Of a stretch of DNA of 54,401 nucleotides, positions 20,228 to 31,050 are shown piece by piece. The translations under genes and the position numbers were made by a program. Position 1 is the stretch's first letter, and every line of letters begins with the position of its first letter. This DNA comes from Candidatus Pelagibacter sp. (GTDB taxonomy: Bacteria; Pseudomonadota; Alphaproteobacteria; Pelagibacterales; Pelagibacteraceae), in assembly GCA_016777595.1 (NCBI GenBank), contig JADHRE010000001.1:1-54401 (forward strand), written 5' to 3'. The notes under the pieces were generated by a model that was given only the letters and a program-made list of their open reading frames with translations, ran no database searches and had not been told where the DNA came from.

Positions 20228-21150
20228 TTATATTCAACTTTAGATTGATTCCTTATTTTTGATAAGTGACTATTTGAATACATGCTGAATAACTGATTTT
20301 TTTTAGACTCGATAATTTTTTTTTTTAAAACATCATAATTTTCATTATTTAAATTAACTTCTCTTTTAGCATTAATCTTAAGAAACAATAAAGTATTACC
20401 TGTTACGATTGGATCTGAAGTTTCATTGATCTGTAAATCTTTAATTTCATCAAAGATTTTTTTTGACAAACTTTTTGCATTAACCCATCCTAAATTACCT
20501 TGACTATTTTTACTCAAAGACTCGCTATACTTAAGTACTGTATTTTCAAAACCTTTTTCATTAATCTCTTTATTAATCAAATCTTTTATTTTATTTTTGT
20601 CATTTTGGTCTTTAAAACTAATTTGTAATTCTGACAACTCAAATTCGAAATTATTTTTATTATCTTTTAAGATTTTTTTTAATTCTAAATCTATTTCAGA
20701 TTCGTTTAATTCAATCTTCTTATTGTAAAGAAAAAAAATAAGTTTTCTCCAACTTAATTCTGTTTTAAGATTATTTTTATATACTTCAAAATCTATATTA
20801 TTATTTTTAAATTTAGTTTTTAAATTTTCTAAATTTTTATTAGTTATTGAATTCAAATTTAAAAAAACCTCATTTTCCGAAATTTCTATTTTATACTTTT
20901 CGACTTCATTCTCTTTTAATTTTAAGTCAATTAAAGATCTTGCAACTAAAGCTTTTGTTTTATTAATATTTTCTTGATTTAACTCTTCATTTGATAAAAA
21001 TAGAGTTGATAAAATCTTATTTTTTAACTCATAAGAAGTAATTATTTTATTATTTACTTTGATAATAATTTTATTTTCAAGGCCTACTAATTCAGAGAAG
21101 TCTAAAAAGAAAACTAAAAAAAAAAATATTTTTATATTTTTAAGAATCAT
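20224..21150 (-). CDS. surA: SurA-like periplasmic chaperone / parvulin PPIase
   Basis: KVNNKIITSYE N-domain; degenerate parvulin (GNLGWV, SDPI); lptD-surA-pdxA context. Confidence 0.8.
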   Translation of the reverse strand: MILKNIKIFFFLVFFLDFSELVGLENKIIIKVNNKIITSYELKNKILSTLFLSNEELNQENINKTKALVARSLIDLKLKENEVEKYKIEISENEVFLNLNSITNKNLENLKTKFKNNNIDFEVYKNNLKTELSWRKLIFFLYNKKIELNESEIDLELKKILKDNKNNFEFELSELQISFKDQNDKNKIKDLINKEINEKGFENTVLKYSESLSKNSQGNLGWVNAKSLSKKIFDEIKDLQINETSDPIVTGNTLLFLKINAKREVNLNNENYDVLKKKIIESKKNQLFSMYSNSHLSKIRNQSKVEYK

Positions 21151-23555
21151 TGTGAAAAGGATGGGCTATCAATTTTTCCAAAAGGTATCAATGTAATCTT
21201 AAACATTAAAGAATTTTCAGCTTCTAATTCTGAGTCATTATAAAATTCCCTTCTATAAACTAATGCAGCTCTCAAACAATCATTATAATATTCATAGCTT
21301 AAATCATAATACTCAGAGGAATTTGTTACTAAATTACGCTTATTTTTCAAAGCAAATTTCTGATTAGAAGTCGTTTGATAATTAATATCAGTTTGTATGT
21401 ATTCATTAGCGCCAATATGGTTTTTTTCTTGTAAGTAATTTAGATTAATACCTAAATTCCCATAATTTATAGTTGAGATAATTTCATTATAATTAATATC
21501 ATTATAATTTTGATCTAATAAAAAATTATATTCTAAATTTAAGTTTTGATTAATTTTTAAATTTGCACTCCCAACTAAATCTGAGAGCTTCTCATCCAAA
21601 CTTGTGACTGATGCCATCTTTTTATTTTCTTTTCTGCTTATTATTTGACCTAATGAGACTTGAAGCTCTTGGTCTTTTTTATTCAATTTATAATCAAAAC
21701 CAATTGCAGCACTTAGATCTTTTTCTAAATTGGTGGAGTCGTCACTTCTATCTAAAGAAAAAACACTATCCGTGGTTAGTTTTGAACCATTATTTTCCTT
21801 TTTCATACTTCCAGGAGAATATTTTATTAACATTTTAGGAGTTAATAGGCTTTGTGAATTATTTCTATTATTTTTTTTTATTAATTCAACTTCTGAAAAA
21901 TATCCAATTACACCATGTATTTCATTAGTTTCATTTTGTTTAAAACCTTTAATATTACTTGTTTCGTAATTTACATTCTTTAATTTTCCTAAAAATTTAC
22001 TGTTTAAGCCAGATTTTAAATTAAAATTCTTTGACTCCCAATCTAGATCGTTAATTAGAGTTTTAGATGTTTTGTTTGTGTCGTAGTTGTTAACTTTTAA
22101 ATTGCTTTGTAAATCTAAAGTTCCTAATTTTTCGCTTTGAAATAAATTTTTATCTAAAACTATTTCAGGCAAATTATATTCATATTTATCAACATAATTA
22201 TCTTTAAGGTTTTCATATATAGAAGCGTCAACGCTTAAAAAATAATCATCCCTTGAATGTGTTAAACTTAAAGAGTTCTCCAAGTAATCTTGATTGTAAT
22301 CAATTAAATCAGTTTTTATCTTATAAAGCTTAAGGTACTTATCATTAGAGACATCTTGAGTTTTAAAAGAAAAAGTAGTGTTTAAATTTTCATCATTATA
22401 AATTTTAGTAAATTCTGAAAATAAATGCGATTTTTCTCCTTCAAGTTTTTTGCTTGTAGTCTTTTTGTAGCCCTCAGTATATCCCATATCAAGAATCAAA
22501 TTTGAATTTTTAAAAGCTTGACGATATTCACCCATAAATAATGGATTTTCATTAACATATAAGTTATTTGTAAATGTAAAATCTTTATCTTTATTTAAAG
22601 CCAAGTAATAAGGTAAAGATAAGCCTGAACCTAAATTCTTTGTGTCGTTTAAGGTCACTGGAAGAAAACCAGATCTACGATGTACGGATGGGTCAGGATG
22701 TTGGAATTTCGGCAAATACAATACTGGAATGTTATAAACTTTAATAATTGCATTATCATAGTAAATAGTTTTCTTTTTATTGTCATGCAACATTTTTGAT
22801 GCCTGTATAGTCCATGGAGGACATTTTTCTTTATCATCACTTTTTCGATAACCACAAAGTGTAAAAATACTTTTATTGAAACTGCTTTTATCTTTACTAG
22901 AAATCAATGTATTTGCCATTATACGAGGATTATTTTTTTCATTAATTTTAAATAGCTTGTCATCTAAAAAAGCTTTTACGTCTGAACCAAGCATTTCTTT
23001 CTTTTGAGTATCTATATAAAGTTGAGAGAATTTATATGTATTATTAAATTTATCATTAATTGAAACTAAGCCAACTGATTTAAATATTTTGTTATTTTTT
23101 TCGTAACTAAAATTATCTAATTCTATTAAATTATTGTCTACATCATTTATTGTTGTTGATTCTTTTGATACAACTGAGTTTAGTTTTTTATCTAAAATAA
23201 TATTTTTACTTTTAATTATATAGTTTTCTGCAGTTACAATTTTTGTAGGACCGTTTGTTCTAAAAATCTTTGAATATTCATTATATTCGGCATCATCAGT
23301 CGTAATAATATTATTCTTATTGTCTACTAACTTAACATTTTTTTTAAATTTTATAATTCCCTTTTTTTTATTATACTCAGCGTAATCACTTTCTATCGTG
23401 TGATTCGTATCAGTTTGCACATATACTTCATTTTGAAATATAGAAATTTGCTTATCTTTATCCAAAGTTATTTTTTTTGATTGTATAAGCAGAGATTCTG
23501 CATGAAGTGTTTTGAAAAAAAATACAAGTAATATAAAAATTATACTATTTTTCAT
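21147..23555 (-). CDS. lptD: LPS assembly outer-membrane protein LptD
   Basis: FTLC...CPPW.I.A, HPDPSVHRRSGFL, C-terminal YEY.NDCL. Second Met (MKNSII) is the likelier start. Confidence 0.92.
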   Translation of the reverse strand: MKNSIIFILLVFFFKTLHAESLLIQSKKITLDKDKQISIFQNEVYVQTDTNHTIESDYAEYNKKKGIIKFKKNVKLVDNKNNIITTDDAEYNEYSKIFRTNGPTKIVTAENYIIKSKNIILDKKLNSVVSKESTTINDVDNNLIELDNFSYEKNNKIFKSVGLVSINDKFNNTYKFSQLYIDTQKKEMLGSDVKAFLDDKLFKINEKNNPRIMANTLISSKDKSSFNKSIFTLCGYRKSDDKEKCPPWTIQASKMLHDNKKKTIYYDNAIIKVYNIPVLYLPKFQHPDPSVHRRSGFLPVTLNDTKNLGSGLSLPYYLALNKDKDFTFTNNLYVNENPLFMGEYRQAFKNSNLILDMGYTEGYKKTTSKKLEGEKSHLFSEFTKIYNDENLNTTFSFKTQDVSNDKYLKLYKIKTDLIDYNQDYLENSLSLTHSRDDYFLSVDASIYENLKDNYVDKYEYNLPEIVLDKNLFQSEKLGTLDLQSNLKVNNYDTNKTSKTLINDLDWESKNFNLKSGLNSKFLGKLKNVNYETSNIKGFKQNETNEIHGVIGYFSEVELIKKNNRNNSQSLLTPKMLIKYSPGSMKKENNGSKLTTDSVFSLDRSDDSTNLEKDLSAAIGFDYKLNKKDQELQVSLGQIISRKENKKMASVTSLDEKLSDLVGSANLKINQNLNLEYNFLLDQNYNDINYNEIISTINYGNLGINLNYLQEKNHIGANEYIQTDINYQTTSNQKFALKNKRNLVTNSSEYYDLSYEYYNDCLRAALVYRREFYNDSELEAENSLMFKITLIPFGKIDSPSFSQ

Positions 23556-24633
23556 TAATTTGCATAACCCCAATTAATGTAAAAAGACTTAAAGCAATAA
23601 TAGGTGACCATATCGACAATACTAGAGGAACTTTATCGATTTGTCCCAAAGCTAAGGAAAAATCTTTGAAATAATATACAATCACAACTATAGTTAGACC
23701 TAATATAGATACTTGAAGATTGTTATTTTTTTTTAAATTATTCATAGTAAGTATAGAAGCCAAACCTGTCATCAGTAACAAAAAAAAAGGCAATGTAAGT
23801 AAAGAGTGCAAACTTTGAGTAAGAAAATTAAAATTGTAACCAGTTTCTGAAAGTTTTTTAAAATTAAATGCTAAATCAATAAAAGACATTGTGTCAAAAT
23901 TCTTAAATAAATTATTTATTTTATTTAAATTGTAAATTGAATTTAATTGATATTCATCAAATACGGTTTTTTCCAAAATTCCATTTTTGGAACTAAAAAT
24001 ACTGACATCATACAAAATCCAATTGTTTTGAACAATATTTGCTTTTTCTGCAATTATTTTTTCTACTAAAACAGAGTCATTATCTAAATGAAAAATTCGT
24101 AACTTTTTTAAATAATCTTGTTCAAGTTTTTCAGAATATATAAATCTTTGTTTATTATCTAATTTTTCTTTAATCCACAATCCGTTGCTATTAAAGTTAA
24201 TTAAATGATCTATATCTCGAGTATAATTAGATTTAATTTTTTCATAATATATCGACATCTTGGAAGAAACAGGATTAATGATAAGCAACACTAGCCAACC
24301 AATTAAAAATGCACAAAAAGCTAAAATTAAAAATATTTTTATATTAGAATAACCGAATACTTTAAATGTTAATAAATCTTTATTATTTTTAATACTAATC
24401 ATATACCACAAACTAGAAATAAAAATTATAAAGGGCAAAGTTTTAACTACCAGACTTGGAATATAAATACTTGTCAAAATGAGCGGTGTAAAAATACTAA
24501 CGTCTAAGTTTTTAAAAAACTCTACTTCTTCAAACAGATTTAAAATTAGGCCAAAACAGTAAAATATTCCAACTGCTACAAAAAATATTTTTAAATAAGC
24601 CTTAATAATATAATTTAAGATAACTTTATTCAT
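23545..24633 (-). CDS. lptG: LPS export permease LptG
   Basis: YjgP/YjgQ topology (3 TM, periplasmic domain with GLWIKE, 3 TM); second of a tandem pair upstream of lptD. Confidence 0.85.
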   Translation of the reverse strand: MNKVILNYIIKAYLKIFFVAVGIFYCFGLILNLFEEVEFFKNLDVSIFTPLILTSIYIPSLVVKTLPFIIFISSLWYMISIKNNKDLLTFKVFGYSNIKIFLILAFCAFLIGWLVLLIINPVSSKMSIYYEKIKSNYTRDIDHLINFNSNGLWIKEKLDNKQRFIYSEKLEQDYLKKLRIFHLDNDSVLVEKIIAEKANIVQNNWILYDVSIFSSKNGILEKTVFDEYQLNSIYNLNKINNLFKNFDTMSFIDLAFNFKKLSETGYNFNFLTQSLHSLLTLPFFLLLMTGLASILTMNNLKKNNNLQVSILGLTIVVIVYYFKDFSLALGQIDKVPLVLSIWSPIIALSLFTLIGVMQINEK

Positions 24634-25748
24634 TTATATTTATTTTCTTTTGAAAAAGAATAAATCATAAAAAAATATAATAATAAAATTAATATTATTG
24701 GCAACATTATAAATATATAAAACAAGTAACTATTTATACCTGTGTGCCTAACAGTGAGCTCAATAAATATTAATAAAAAAAAACTATAAATAAAAATTAT
24801 ATTTTTATTAAAAAACCTTTTTTTTGAAATAAATAAAAGCAACGAACTAATCAAAGCAATAATTGGAATGTAAAAAGGCAAAACTAGTCTTCTATTTAAA
24901 ATAGTGATTATTTCTTCCTTGGCATTGCAATTAGGGTTAGAAATTTTTTTCTCTAAAATACATTTAAAAAGCTGTAAAGTTGAGGTTTCTTGAAGTTTTG
25001 GATTCTTAATTGTTCTTGTGCTGATATTGCTTAAATTAATATTTAACTGTTCAAATTTAATTAATTCGTTTTCAAAGTCATTCTTTGAAGATGAAATAAT
25101 TTGCCCATTAAGTAAAATTAATTGTTTATCTTTTACAATACCTTTTTTAGCAATAATATTTGTAGATGAACTTTTAGATATATTTGAACTTAAATTCGAA
25201 AAATTATTATTATTATCCTGTAAGAATATATTTGACAATTCACTATCATTTTTCTTATCTACAAAAAAAACCAACCCTTTGAAGGAGTCATTAAATTGTT
25301 GAGCTCTTAAAGTCGGCAAAATAGAATTATATTCTTCTTGTTGTAAAAGTAATCTAGATTTATTTAAAGATAGTGGAGCAAGAATAGTAGAAAAAAATAA
25401 ATATAGGAGCAATGTTAAAATTGATGTGAAAAAAAAAACATTTACTAAGTGAATTTTTTTAACACCAGTTGTCCATAAAATTAAAAATTCACTATTTTGT
25501 AAATGTTTTATGATAAAAATAGTTAAGGCTAATAAAAAAGAGAACGGAATAAATTTTGGTGCTATTCCAACAAGATTTAAAGTAGAATATTTAAAGTATG
25601 TACTTACCGGATATCCATTTTCAATAATTAAGTCCAGGAAATTTACCGCTCTTACCGTTAAAGCAATTACTGACAAACCAAAGAGTATAACAAAGAATGT
25701 TTTTAAAATTTCAAGAATAAAATTTTGATATATTTTGTTGTGAAGCAT
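24630..25748 (-). CDS. lptF: LPS export permease LptF
   Basis: YjgP/YjgQ topology, NSEFLILWTTG; divergent from pepA. Start MLHNK at 25748 preferred over 25793. Confidence 0.85.
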   Translation of the reverse strand: MLHNKIYQNFILEILKTFFVILFGLSVIALTVRAVNFLDLIIENGYPVSTYFKYSTLNLVGIAPKFIPFSFLLALTIFIIKHLQNSEFLILWTTGVKKIHLVNVFFFTSILTLLLYLFFSTILAPLSLNKSRLLLQQEEYNSILPTLRAQQFNDSFKGLVFFVDKKNDSELSNIFLQDNNNNFSNLSSNISKSSSTNIIAKKGIVKDKQLILLNGQIISSSKNDFENELIKFEQLNINLSNISTRTIKNPKLQETSTLQLFKCILEKKISNPNCNAKEEIITILNRRLVLPFYIPIIALISSLLLFISKKRFFNKNIIFIYSFFLLIFIELTVRHTGINSYLFYIFIMLPIILILLLYFFMIYSFSKENKYK

Positions 25749-25822
25749 GGTTATAATTTGTATATTGATAATGCATTCATTAAATAAATTCAATCAATGG
25801 TTTAATTATAGTAAATTTAACG

Positions 25823-25851
25823 TTGAAATCTTGTATTTTTGATCTTATATA
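25823..25851 (+). promoter_or_regulatory. Putative promoter for pepA-ndk
   Basis: TTGAAA (25823-25828), 17-nt spacer, TATATA (25846-25851), 34 nt before the ATG. Confidence 0.4.
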
Positions 25852-25885
25852 GCATTCAATCCAATTTGAAAATATTAAATAAATT

Positions 25886-27343
25886 ATGTCTTTAAAAATC
25901 AGCTATTCAAAAAAAACAATAAATAAGTCATCCTCTAATCTTGTCTTTTTCGTTAATGAGAAGCATAACATCAGCGGTTTAAAAAAAAGTCTTTCCTATT
26001 CTGAATTTAATTACATAAGCGATTTATCAAAATCAAGTGATTTAAAGAAAAATGTTTTTGTTTTTGAAATGAATTCAAAAAAAAAAATTATTCTAATATC
26101 AATTAAAAACAACTTAAAAACCTCAGATATAGAAAGTTTAGGGGCAGAGTTTTATGTACGGATAAACTATGGAAAAAATTGCGAATATTTTTTAAATACT
26201 GATAGTGCAATTAGTAAACATGATAATTTCATAGGTCATTTTCTACATGGTATGAAGTTAAAATCATATGAATTTAAGAAATATAAAACAAAGAAAGAAT
26301 CAAGAATTATTTCTCTTCAAGTTTATGGAAATAAGAATAAACCTTCAACTCAGACTCAGTTAAAGTTCAAAGCATTAGAAGAAGGAACATTTTATGCTAG
26401 AGACTTAGTTTCTGAACCTGGAAATATTTTGCACCCAGATGAATATACTAAAAGACTGAATTCTTTAAAAAAAGAAGGACTAAAAATAAATATATACGAT
26501 CAAAAAAAATTAAAAAAACTTGGCATGAATGCTTTGCTTGGAGTAGGTATGGGTAGTATAAGAGGATCGTACCTTGTTACAATGGAATGGAATGGTGCTA
26601 AAAATAATTCTAAACCATTAGCATTTGTTGGAAAGGGTGTTACTTTTGATACAGGAGGTTACTCTTTAAAGCCCGCAAGATTTATGGAGGACATGACTTA
26701 TGATATGGCAGGTTCTGCTGCTGTAGTAGGATTAATGAAGAGCCTTGCGTTAAGAAAAGCAAAAATTAATGCTGTAGGAGTTGTTGGGCTTGTAGAGAAT
26801 ATGGTTAGTGGGGTAGCTCAAAGACCTGGCGACATTGTTAAATCTTTCAGTGGAAAAACAATTGAAGTACTGAATACAGATGCAGAAGGCAGATTAGTTT
26901 TGGCTGATGCATTAACATTTACGGAAAAAAAATTTAAACCAAAATTTATAGTCGACTTAGCCACTTTGACTGGAGCTATAATAGTTTGTCTAGGATCTGA
27001 ATATGCTGGACTTTTTTCTAATGACGACAAGTTATCAAAACAAATTTTAAAAGCAGGAGAAACAGTTGAGGAAAAACTATGGAGAATGCCACTGCATAAA
27101 AATTATGATAAATTAATGAACTCTAAAAACGCTGATGTGCAAAATATAAATTATGTTGGTGGAGCAGGATCAACAACCGCAGCTCAATTTTTACAAAGAT
27201 TCATTATAAATAAAACGCCTTGGGCACACCTCGATATTGCTGGTATGGCTTTTTCAAAATATGGTGGCGCTCTAAATTCAGGTGGAGCAACTGGATTTGG
27301 AGTAAGATTATTAAATAAACTAATAGAGGAAAATTATGAGTAA
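25886..27343 (+). CDS. pepA: Leucyl aminopeptidase (M17)
   Basis: VGKGVTFDTGG, DMAG, NTDAEGRLVLAD, DLATLTGA, WAHLDIAG. Confidence 0.97.
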   Translation: MSLKISYSKKTINKSSSNLVFFVNEKHNISGLKKSLSYSEFNYISDLSKSSDLKKNVFVFEMNSKKKIILISIKNNLKTSDIESLGAEFYVRINYGKNCEYFLNTDSAISKHDNFIGHFLHGMKLKSYEFKKYKTKKESRIISLQVYGNKNKPSTQTQLKFKALEEGTFYARDLVSEPGNILHPDEYTKRLNSLKKEGLKINIYDQKKLKKLGMNALLGVGMGSIRGSYLVTMEWNGAKNNSKPLAFVGKGVTFDTGGYSLKPARFMEDMTYDMAGSAAVVGLMKSLALRKAKINAVGVVGLVENMVSGVAQRPGDIVKSFSGKTIEVLNTDAEGRLVLADALTFTEKKFKPKFIVDLATLTGAIIVCLGSEYAGLFSNDDKLSKQILKAGETVEEKLWRMPLHKNYDKLMNSKNADVQNINYVGGAGSTTAAQFLQRFIINKTPWAHLDIAGMAFSKYGGALNSGGATGFGVRLLNKLIEENYE

Positions 27344-27746
27344 TATAGAGCAAACTTTATCAATTATAAAACCCGATGCAGTAGAGAGAAATTTAGTTGA
27401 AGAAATCAAAAATATTTTTATAAAAAAAGAATTAAACATAAAGGAAAGTAAAAAAATTCAAATAACTAAAGACGAGGCCGCAGAATTTTATAAAGTTCAC
27501 CAATCTAAACCTTTTTATAATGATTTATGTTCCTATCTTTCTTCAGGACCTATAGTAGTAATGATTTTAGAAGGAGAAGATGCGATCATTACTAATAGGA
27601 AATTGATGGGAGCGACAAATCCTAAAGAAGCAGAGGATAATACCATCAGAAAACTATACGGAATATCTATTGATAAAAATTCTGTTCATGGATCTGACTC
27701 CATAATTAACGCAAAAAAAGAAATTGAATTTTTTTTTAAAAATTAA
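27336..27746 (+). CDS. ndk: Nucleoside diphosphate kinase
   Basis: TLSIIKPDAV, GATNP, NSVHGSDS with the active-site His. Confidence 0.97.
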   Translation: MSNIEQTLSIIKPDAVERNLVEEIKNIFIKKELNIKESKKIQITKDEAAEFYKVHQSKPFYNDLCSYLSSGPIVVMILEGEDAIITNRKLMGATNPKEAEDNTIRKLYGISIDKNSVHGSDSIINAKKEIEFFFKN

Positions 27747-28306
27747 AAATTTCTAAAAATTTTAATTATAGCTTCTGGATAGGCTTTATACTCTAGTTTT
27801 TGAGTTTTCTTTTTTAAAATTTTTTCATCATCTTTTTGATTAATAAAAAATTTTTTTTGTATAATTTTACTTCCACTATCTAATTTTTCATTTACATAGT
27901 GGACAGTGCATCCAGCCTTTTTTTCCTTATTCTTAAGCATTCTTGCAAAAGTATTTAATCCTTTAAACTTTGGAAGAAGGGAAGGGTGTATATTAATTAT
28001 TTTACCTTTATATTTTTTTACGAATGCATTAGAGATAATCTTCATATAACCAGCTAGACAAATAAAATCGATTTTGTATTTTTTCAAATTTAGTAAGATT
28101 TTATTTTCATAGTTATTTAATTTAGTATTAATAAAAATGTAAGGGATATTATATTTTTTTGCATAATTGAGACCAACAGCGTGTTTATTATTACTTATAA
28201 CCAAACTTATTTTTATTGGAAAACTAATATTTCTAGAATGAGAAATAAGATTATTAAGGTTTGTGCCTTGTCCAGAAATAAAAACGCATGTATTTTTTTT
28301 TACCAT
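27743..28306 (-). CDS. purN: Phosphoribosylglycinamide formyltransferase
   Basis: ISGQGTNL, LAGYMKI, INIHPSLLP, GCTVH..LDSG. Confidence 0.96.
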   Translation of the reverse strand: MVKKNTCVFISGQGTNLNNLISHSRNISFPIKISLVISNNKHAVGLNYAKKYNIPYIFINTKLNNYENKILLNLKKYKIDFICLAGYMKIISNAFVKKYKGKIINIHPSLLPKFKGLNTFARMLKNKEKKAGCTVHYVNEKLDSGSKIIQKKFFINQKDDEKILKKKTQKLEYKAYPEAIIKIFRNF

Positions 28307-29328
28307 TCTATATTTTTTAAAAGATTAACTTTGTTTTTATCTTTTGAAATATACCCAATCTCATAAGGAGCATAATTATTTGAAAAAAATTTTTGTATTC
28401 TAAATAGGTTTTCTTTTTTTACAATTAAACAAAAGCCAATACCACAATTAAAAGTTTTCATCATCTCTTTATCTGAAATATTTTTATCTTTTAGCCATTT
28501 AAAAATTTTTAATGTTTTAATTTTAGATAAGTCAATATTTAAACTTAATTTTTCTGGCACAGATCTTAGCAAGTTCTCAATTAAACCGCCTCCAGTTATA
28601 TGTGCAGCAGCACTAACAAGATTTTTGTCAGTTAGTTTTAAAATTTCATTAGTATAAATTCTAGTTGGTTTTAGAATTTCTTTTTTTAAATTTTTGGGAA
28701 TTTTATATTTTTTTAATATAGATCTTACTAAAGAGTAGCCATTTGAATGAATTCCACTAGAGGGAATTGCTAAAACAATATCACCATTTTTAACATTACT
28801 TTTATCTAGAATTTTTTTTTTTGAAACAATGCCTACGCTAAAGCCTGCAAGGTCAAATTTATCGTTTGAATAAATTCCTGGCATCTCTGCTGTTTCTCCT
28901 CCAATTAATTGACACTTAGATATTTTACACCCCTTGAAAATACCCTTTAAGATTTTTTTGGTTTTATTTAAATTCAATTTTCCTACCGCAATATAGTCTA
29001 AAAAGAAAAGTGGTTTTGCCCCCTGAACAATTAAGTCATTTACACACATTGCTACTAAATCAATTCCAATTGTATCAAATTTTTTAAATTTATTAGCTAG
29101 ATCGATCTTTGTTCCCACACCATCTGTACATGAAACTATAACAGGATCTTTAATTTTAATTTTGCTAATATCAAATAAGGATCCAAATCCACCTATTATA
29201 TCTTTTTTAGTGGCGCCATTCATTTTTTTGACATCTTTTTTTGACAGTTTAGATATATGATTTACTAATTTATTTGCTAACGTAATATCAACACCGCTTT
29301 TTTTATAACTATTTACATTTTTTTTCAT
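28300..29328 (-). CDS. purM: Phosphoribosylaminoimidazole synthetase
   Basis: TDGVGTK, DLVAMCVND, GGETAEMPG, HSNGYSL, HITGGG, TFNCGIG. Confidence 0.97.
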   Translation of the reverse strand: MKKNVNSYKKSGVDITLANKLVNHISKLSKKDVKKMNGATKKDIIGGFGSLFDISKIKIKDPVIVSCTDGVGTKIDLANKFKKFDTIGIDLVAMCVNDLIVQGAKPLFFLDYIAVGKLNLNKTKKILKGIFKGCKISKCQLIGGETAEMPGIYSNDKFDLAGFSVGIVSKKKILDKSNVKNGDIVLAIPSSGIHSNGYSLVRSILKKYKIPKNLKKEILKPTRIYTNEILKLTDKNLVSAAAHITGGGLIENLLRSVPEKLSLNIDLSKIKTLKIFKWLKDKNISDKEMMKTFNCGIGFCLIVKKENLFRIQKFFSNNYAPYEIGYISKDKNKVNLLKNIEW

Positions 29329-29350
29329 TTATAAATTGGTAATTATTTTT

Positions 29351-30391
29351 ATGATTTTTTTTAAAACAATATTTCTTATATTAATAGTTTTTTTAAAAAC
29401 TGAAACTCTTTTATCTGAGAATAATTTATTTAATGTTAATAATATTCAAATTGAAAAAAAGGAAAAAAGCACCAATGATGCATTAGCTAATCAGGCTATC
29501 AAAATTGGTTTTAATCAATTGGTTGAAAAAATTTTACTCGCTGAGGACATAGAAAAAATTAATGATTTAAAATTTACTGCTATAAAGCAACTAGTAAATT
29601 ATTATCGAGTGTCAAAAGACTCAATAGAAAAAAATAAAGAGTTAGTAAATTTTAGCATTAAATTTGACAAAGATAAGATGCATGATTTATTTTATCGAAA
29701 AGGAATAAGGTATTCAGAAATCACAGATAAAGATCTATATATTTTACCAATACTTATAAAAAATGAAAAATTATTTATCTTTAATAATAATTTTTTTTAT
29801 AAAAACTGGAATATAAATTTTGATGTCGATCTGTTAGAATTTATTTTACCTTTAGAAAATATTGAAATTATTCAAATCATCAATAAAGATAAGGATAATC
29901 TTGTTAATCTTGCAATGGATAAAATATTCAAGGAGTACTCAATGAAAAATTTAGCATTAATTATAATCGAGGAAAATAACAATAATGAATTGATATATCT
30001 AAAAACAAAAATTCAAAATAAAAATATCTCTAAAAAACTTAATTTAAAAAAAAATGATCTTGAGACCAAAATATTTTATGAAAAAATTATCACAGAAACA
30101 AAAAAAGAAATTATAAATTTAGTAAAATCAGAAAATTTGATTGATATAAGTTCTCCGTTATTTCTTAACACTAGATTTAATTTAAGCAAAAAAAGTAATT
30201 TTAACGAATTAAAAACAAGAATAAAAAATATAGAGTTAATTGAAAATATTTTTGTTAAAGATTTTAACAAAGATTATATGAATTTAAGAATTAAATATTT
30301 AGGAAAATTTCAAAATATAATTAATCAATTAAAAAACCAAAATATAGATTTAAAAATGATCAATGACCAATGGGTGATAAAAATATTTTAA
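29351..30391 (+). CDS. Exported hypothetical protein (DUF2066-like by position)
   Basis: Signal peptide and long ORF between purM and hdaA, where alphaproteobacteria carry DUF2066-type genes. Sequence similarity not verifiable by eye. Confidence 0.5.
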   Translation: MIFFKTIFLILIVFLKTETLLSENNLFNVNNIQIEKKEKSTNDALANQAIKIGFNQLVEKILLAEDIEKINDLKFTAIKQLVNYYRVSKDSIEKNKELVNFSIKFDKDKMHDLFYRKGIRYSEITDKDLYILPILIKNEKLFIFNNNFFYKNWNINFDVDLLEFILPLENIEIIQIINKDKDNLVNLAMDKIFKEYSMKNLALIIIEENNNNELIYLKTKIQNKNISKKLNLKKNDLETKIFYEKIITETKKEIINLVKSENLIDISSPLFLNTRFNLSKKSNFNELKTRIKNIELIENIFVKDFNKDYMNLRIKYLGKFQNIINQLKNQNIDLKMINDQWVIKIF

Positions 30392-30393
30392 TT

Positions 30394-31050
30394 ATGGATC
30401 AATTAATATTTAAATTCCCATTTTCAAAGAGATATTATGAAGAAGATTTTTTTATTTCCAATAATAATTTTTCTGCTTATAAATTAATTGAAAGCTGGCC
30501 AACTTGGCCTGGGAAATGGCTAAATATATTTGGTGAAACTGGATCGGGTAAAACTCATTTGGCAAAAATTCTTCAAAAGAAGATAGATAAGATTAAATTA
30601 ATAGAAGCAAAAAACGTTAATGATGAGATACTTCAAGATTTAAATAATTTTGATTGTTTGATTATTGACAGTTTTAATAATAATATTGATGAAAAATTAT
30701 TTTATTCAATTTTAAATCATTCAAAACAATTAGAAAATTATATTTTGATAAATTCAAATCCATCTATAAAAGATTTTAGTTTTAATTTAACTGATCTTAA
30801 ATCTAGGGTTAATAGCTTTGTATATATTGGTATTGAATTACCAAATGATGATTTATTAAAAGTTATAATATCTAAAATATTATCTGATAAACAAATTAGC
30901 GCTAATCCAAAGATTTTAGATTTCATCATAAATAATGTAGATAGATCTTATGAAAAAATGATTAAATTTCTTAAAGATGTTGACGAAATGTCTTTATCTA
31001 CTGGAAAATCAATTAATATTAATTTAATAAAAAAAGTATTAGATCAATGA
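30394..31050 (+). CDS. hda: DnaA regulatory inactivator HdaA
   Basis: N-terminal clamp-binding-like QLIF, Walker [16 protein letters not shown]; downstream of the purM-divergent gene. Confidence 0.85.
   Translation: MDQLIFKFPFSKRYYEEDFFISNNNFSAYKLIESWPTWPGKWLNIFGETGSGKTHLAKILQKKIDKIKLIEAKNVNDEILQDLNNFDCLIIDSFNNNIDEKLFYSILNHSKQLENYILINSNPSIKDFSFNLTDLKSRVNSFVYIGIELPNDDLLKVIISKILSDKQISANPKILDFIINNVDRSYEKMIKFLKDVDEMSLSTGKSININLIKKVLDQ

Noticed and set aside
29351-31050. hda region as dnaA or a replication origin
   Set aside because: The protein lacks the DnaA DNA-binding domain IV, and there is no DnaA-box cluster or intergenic space.
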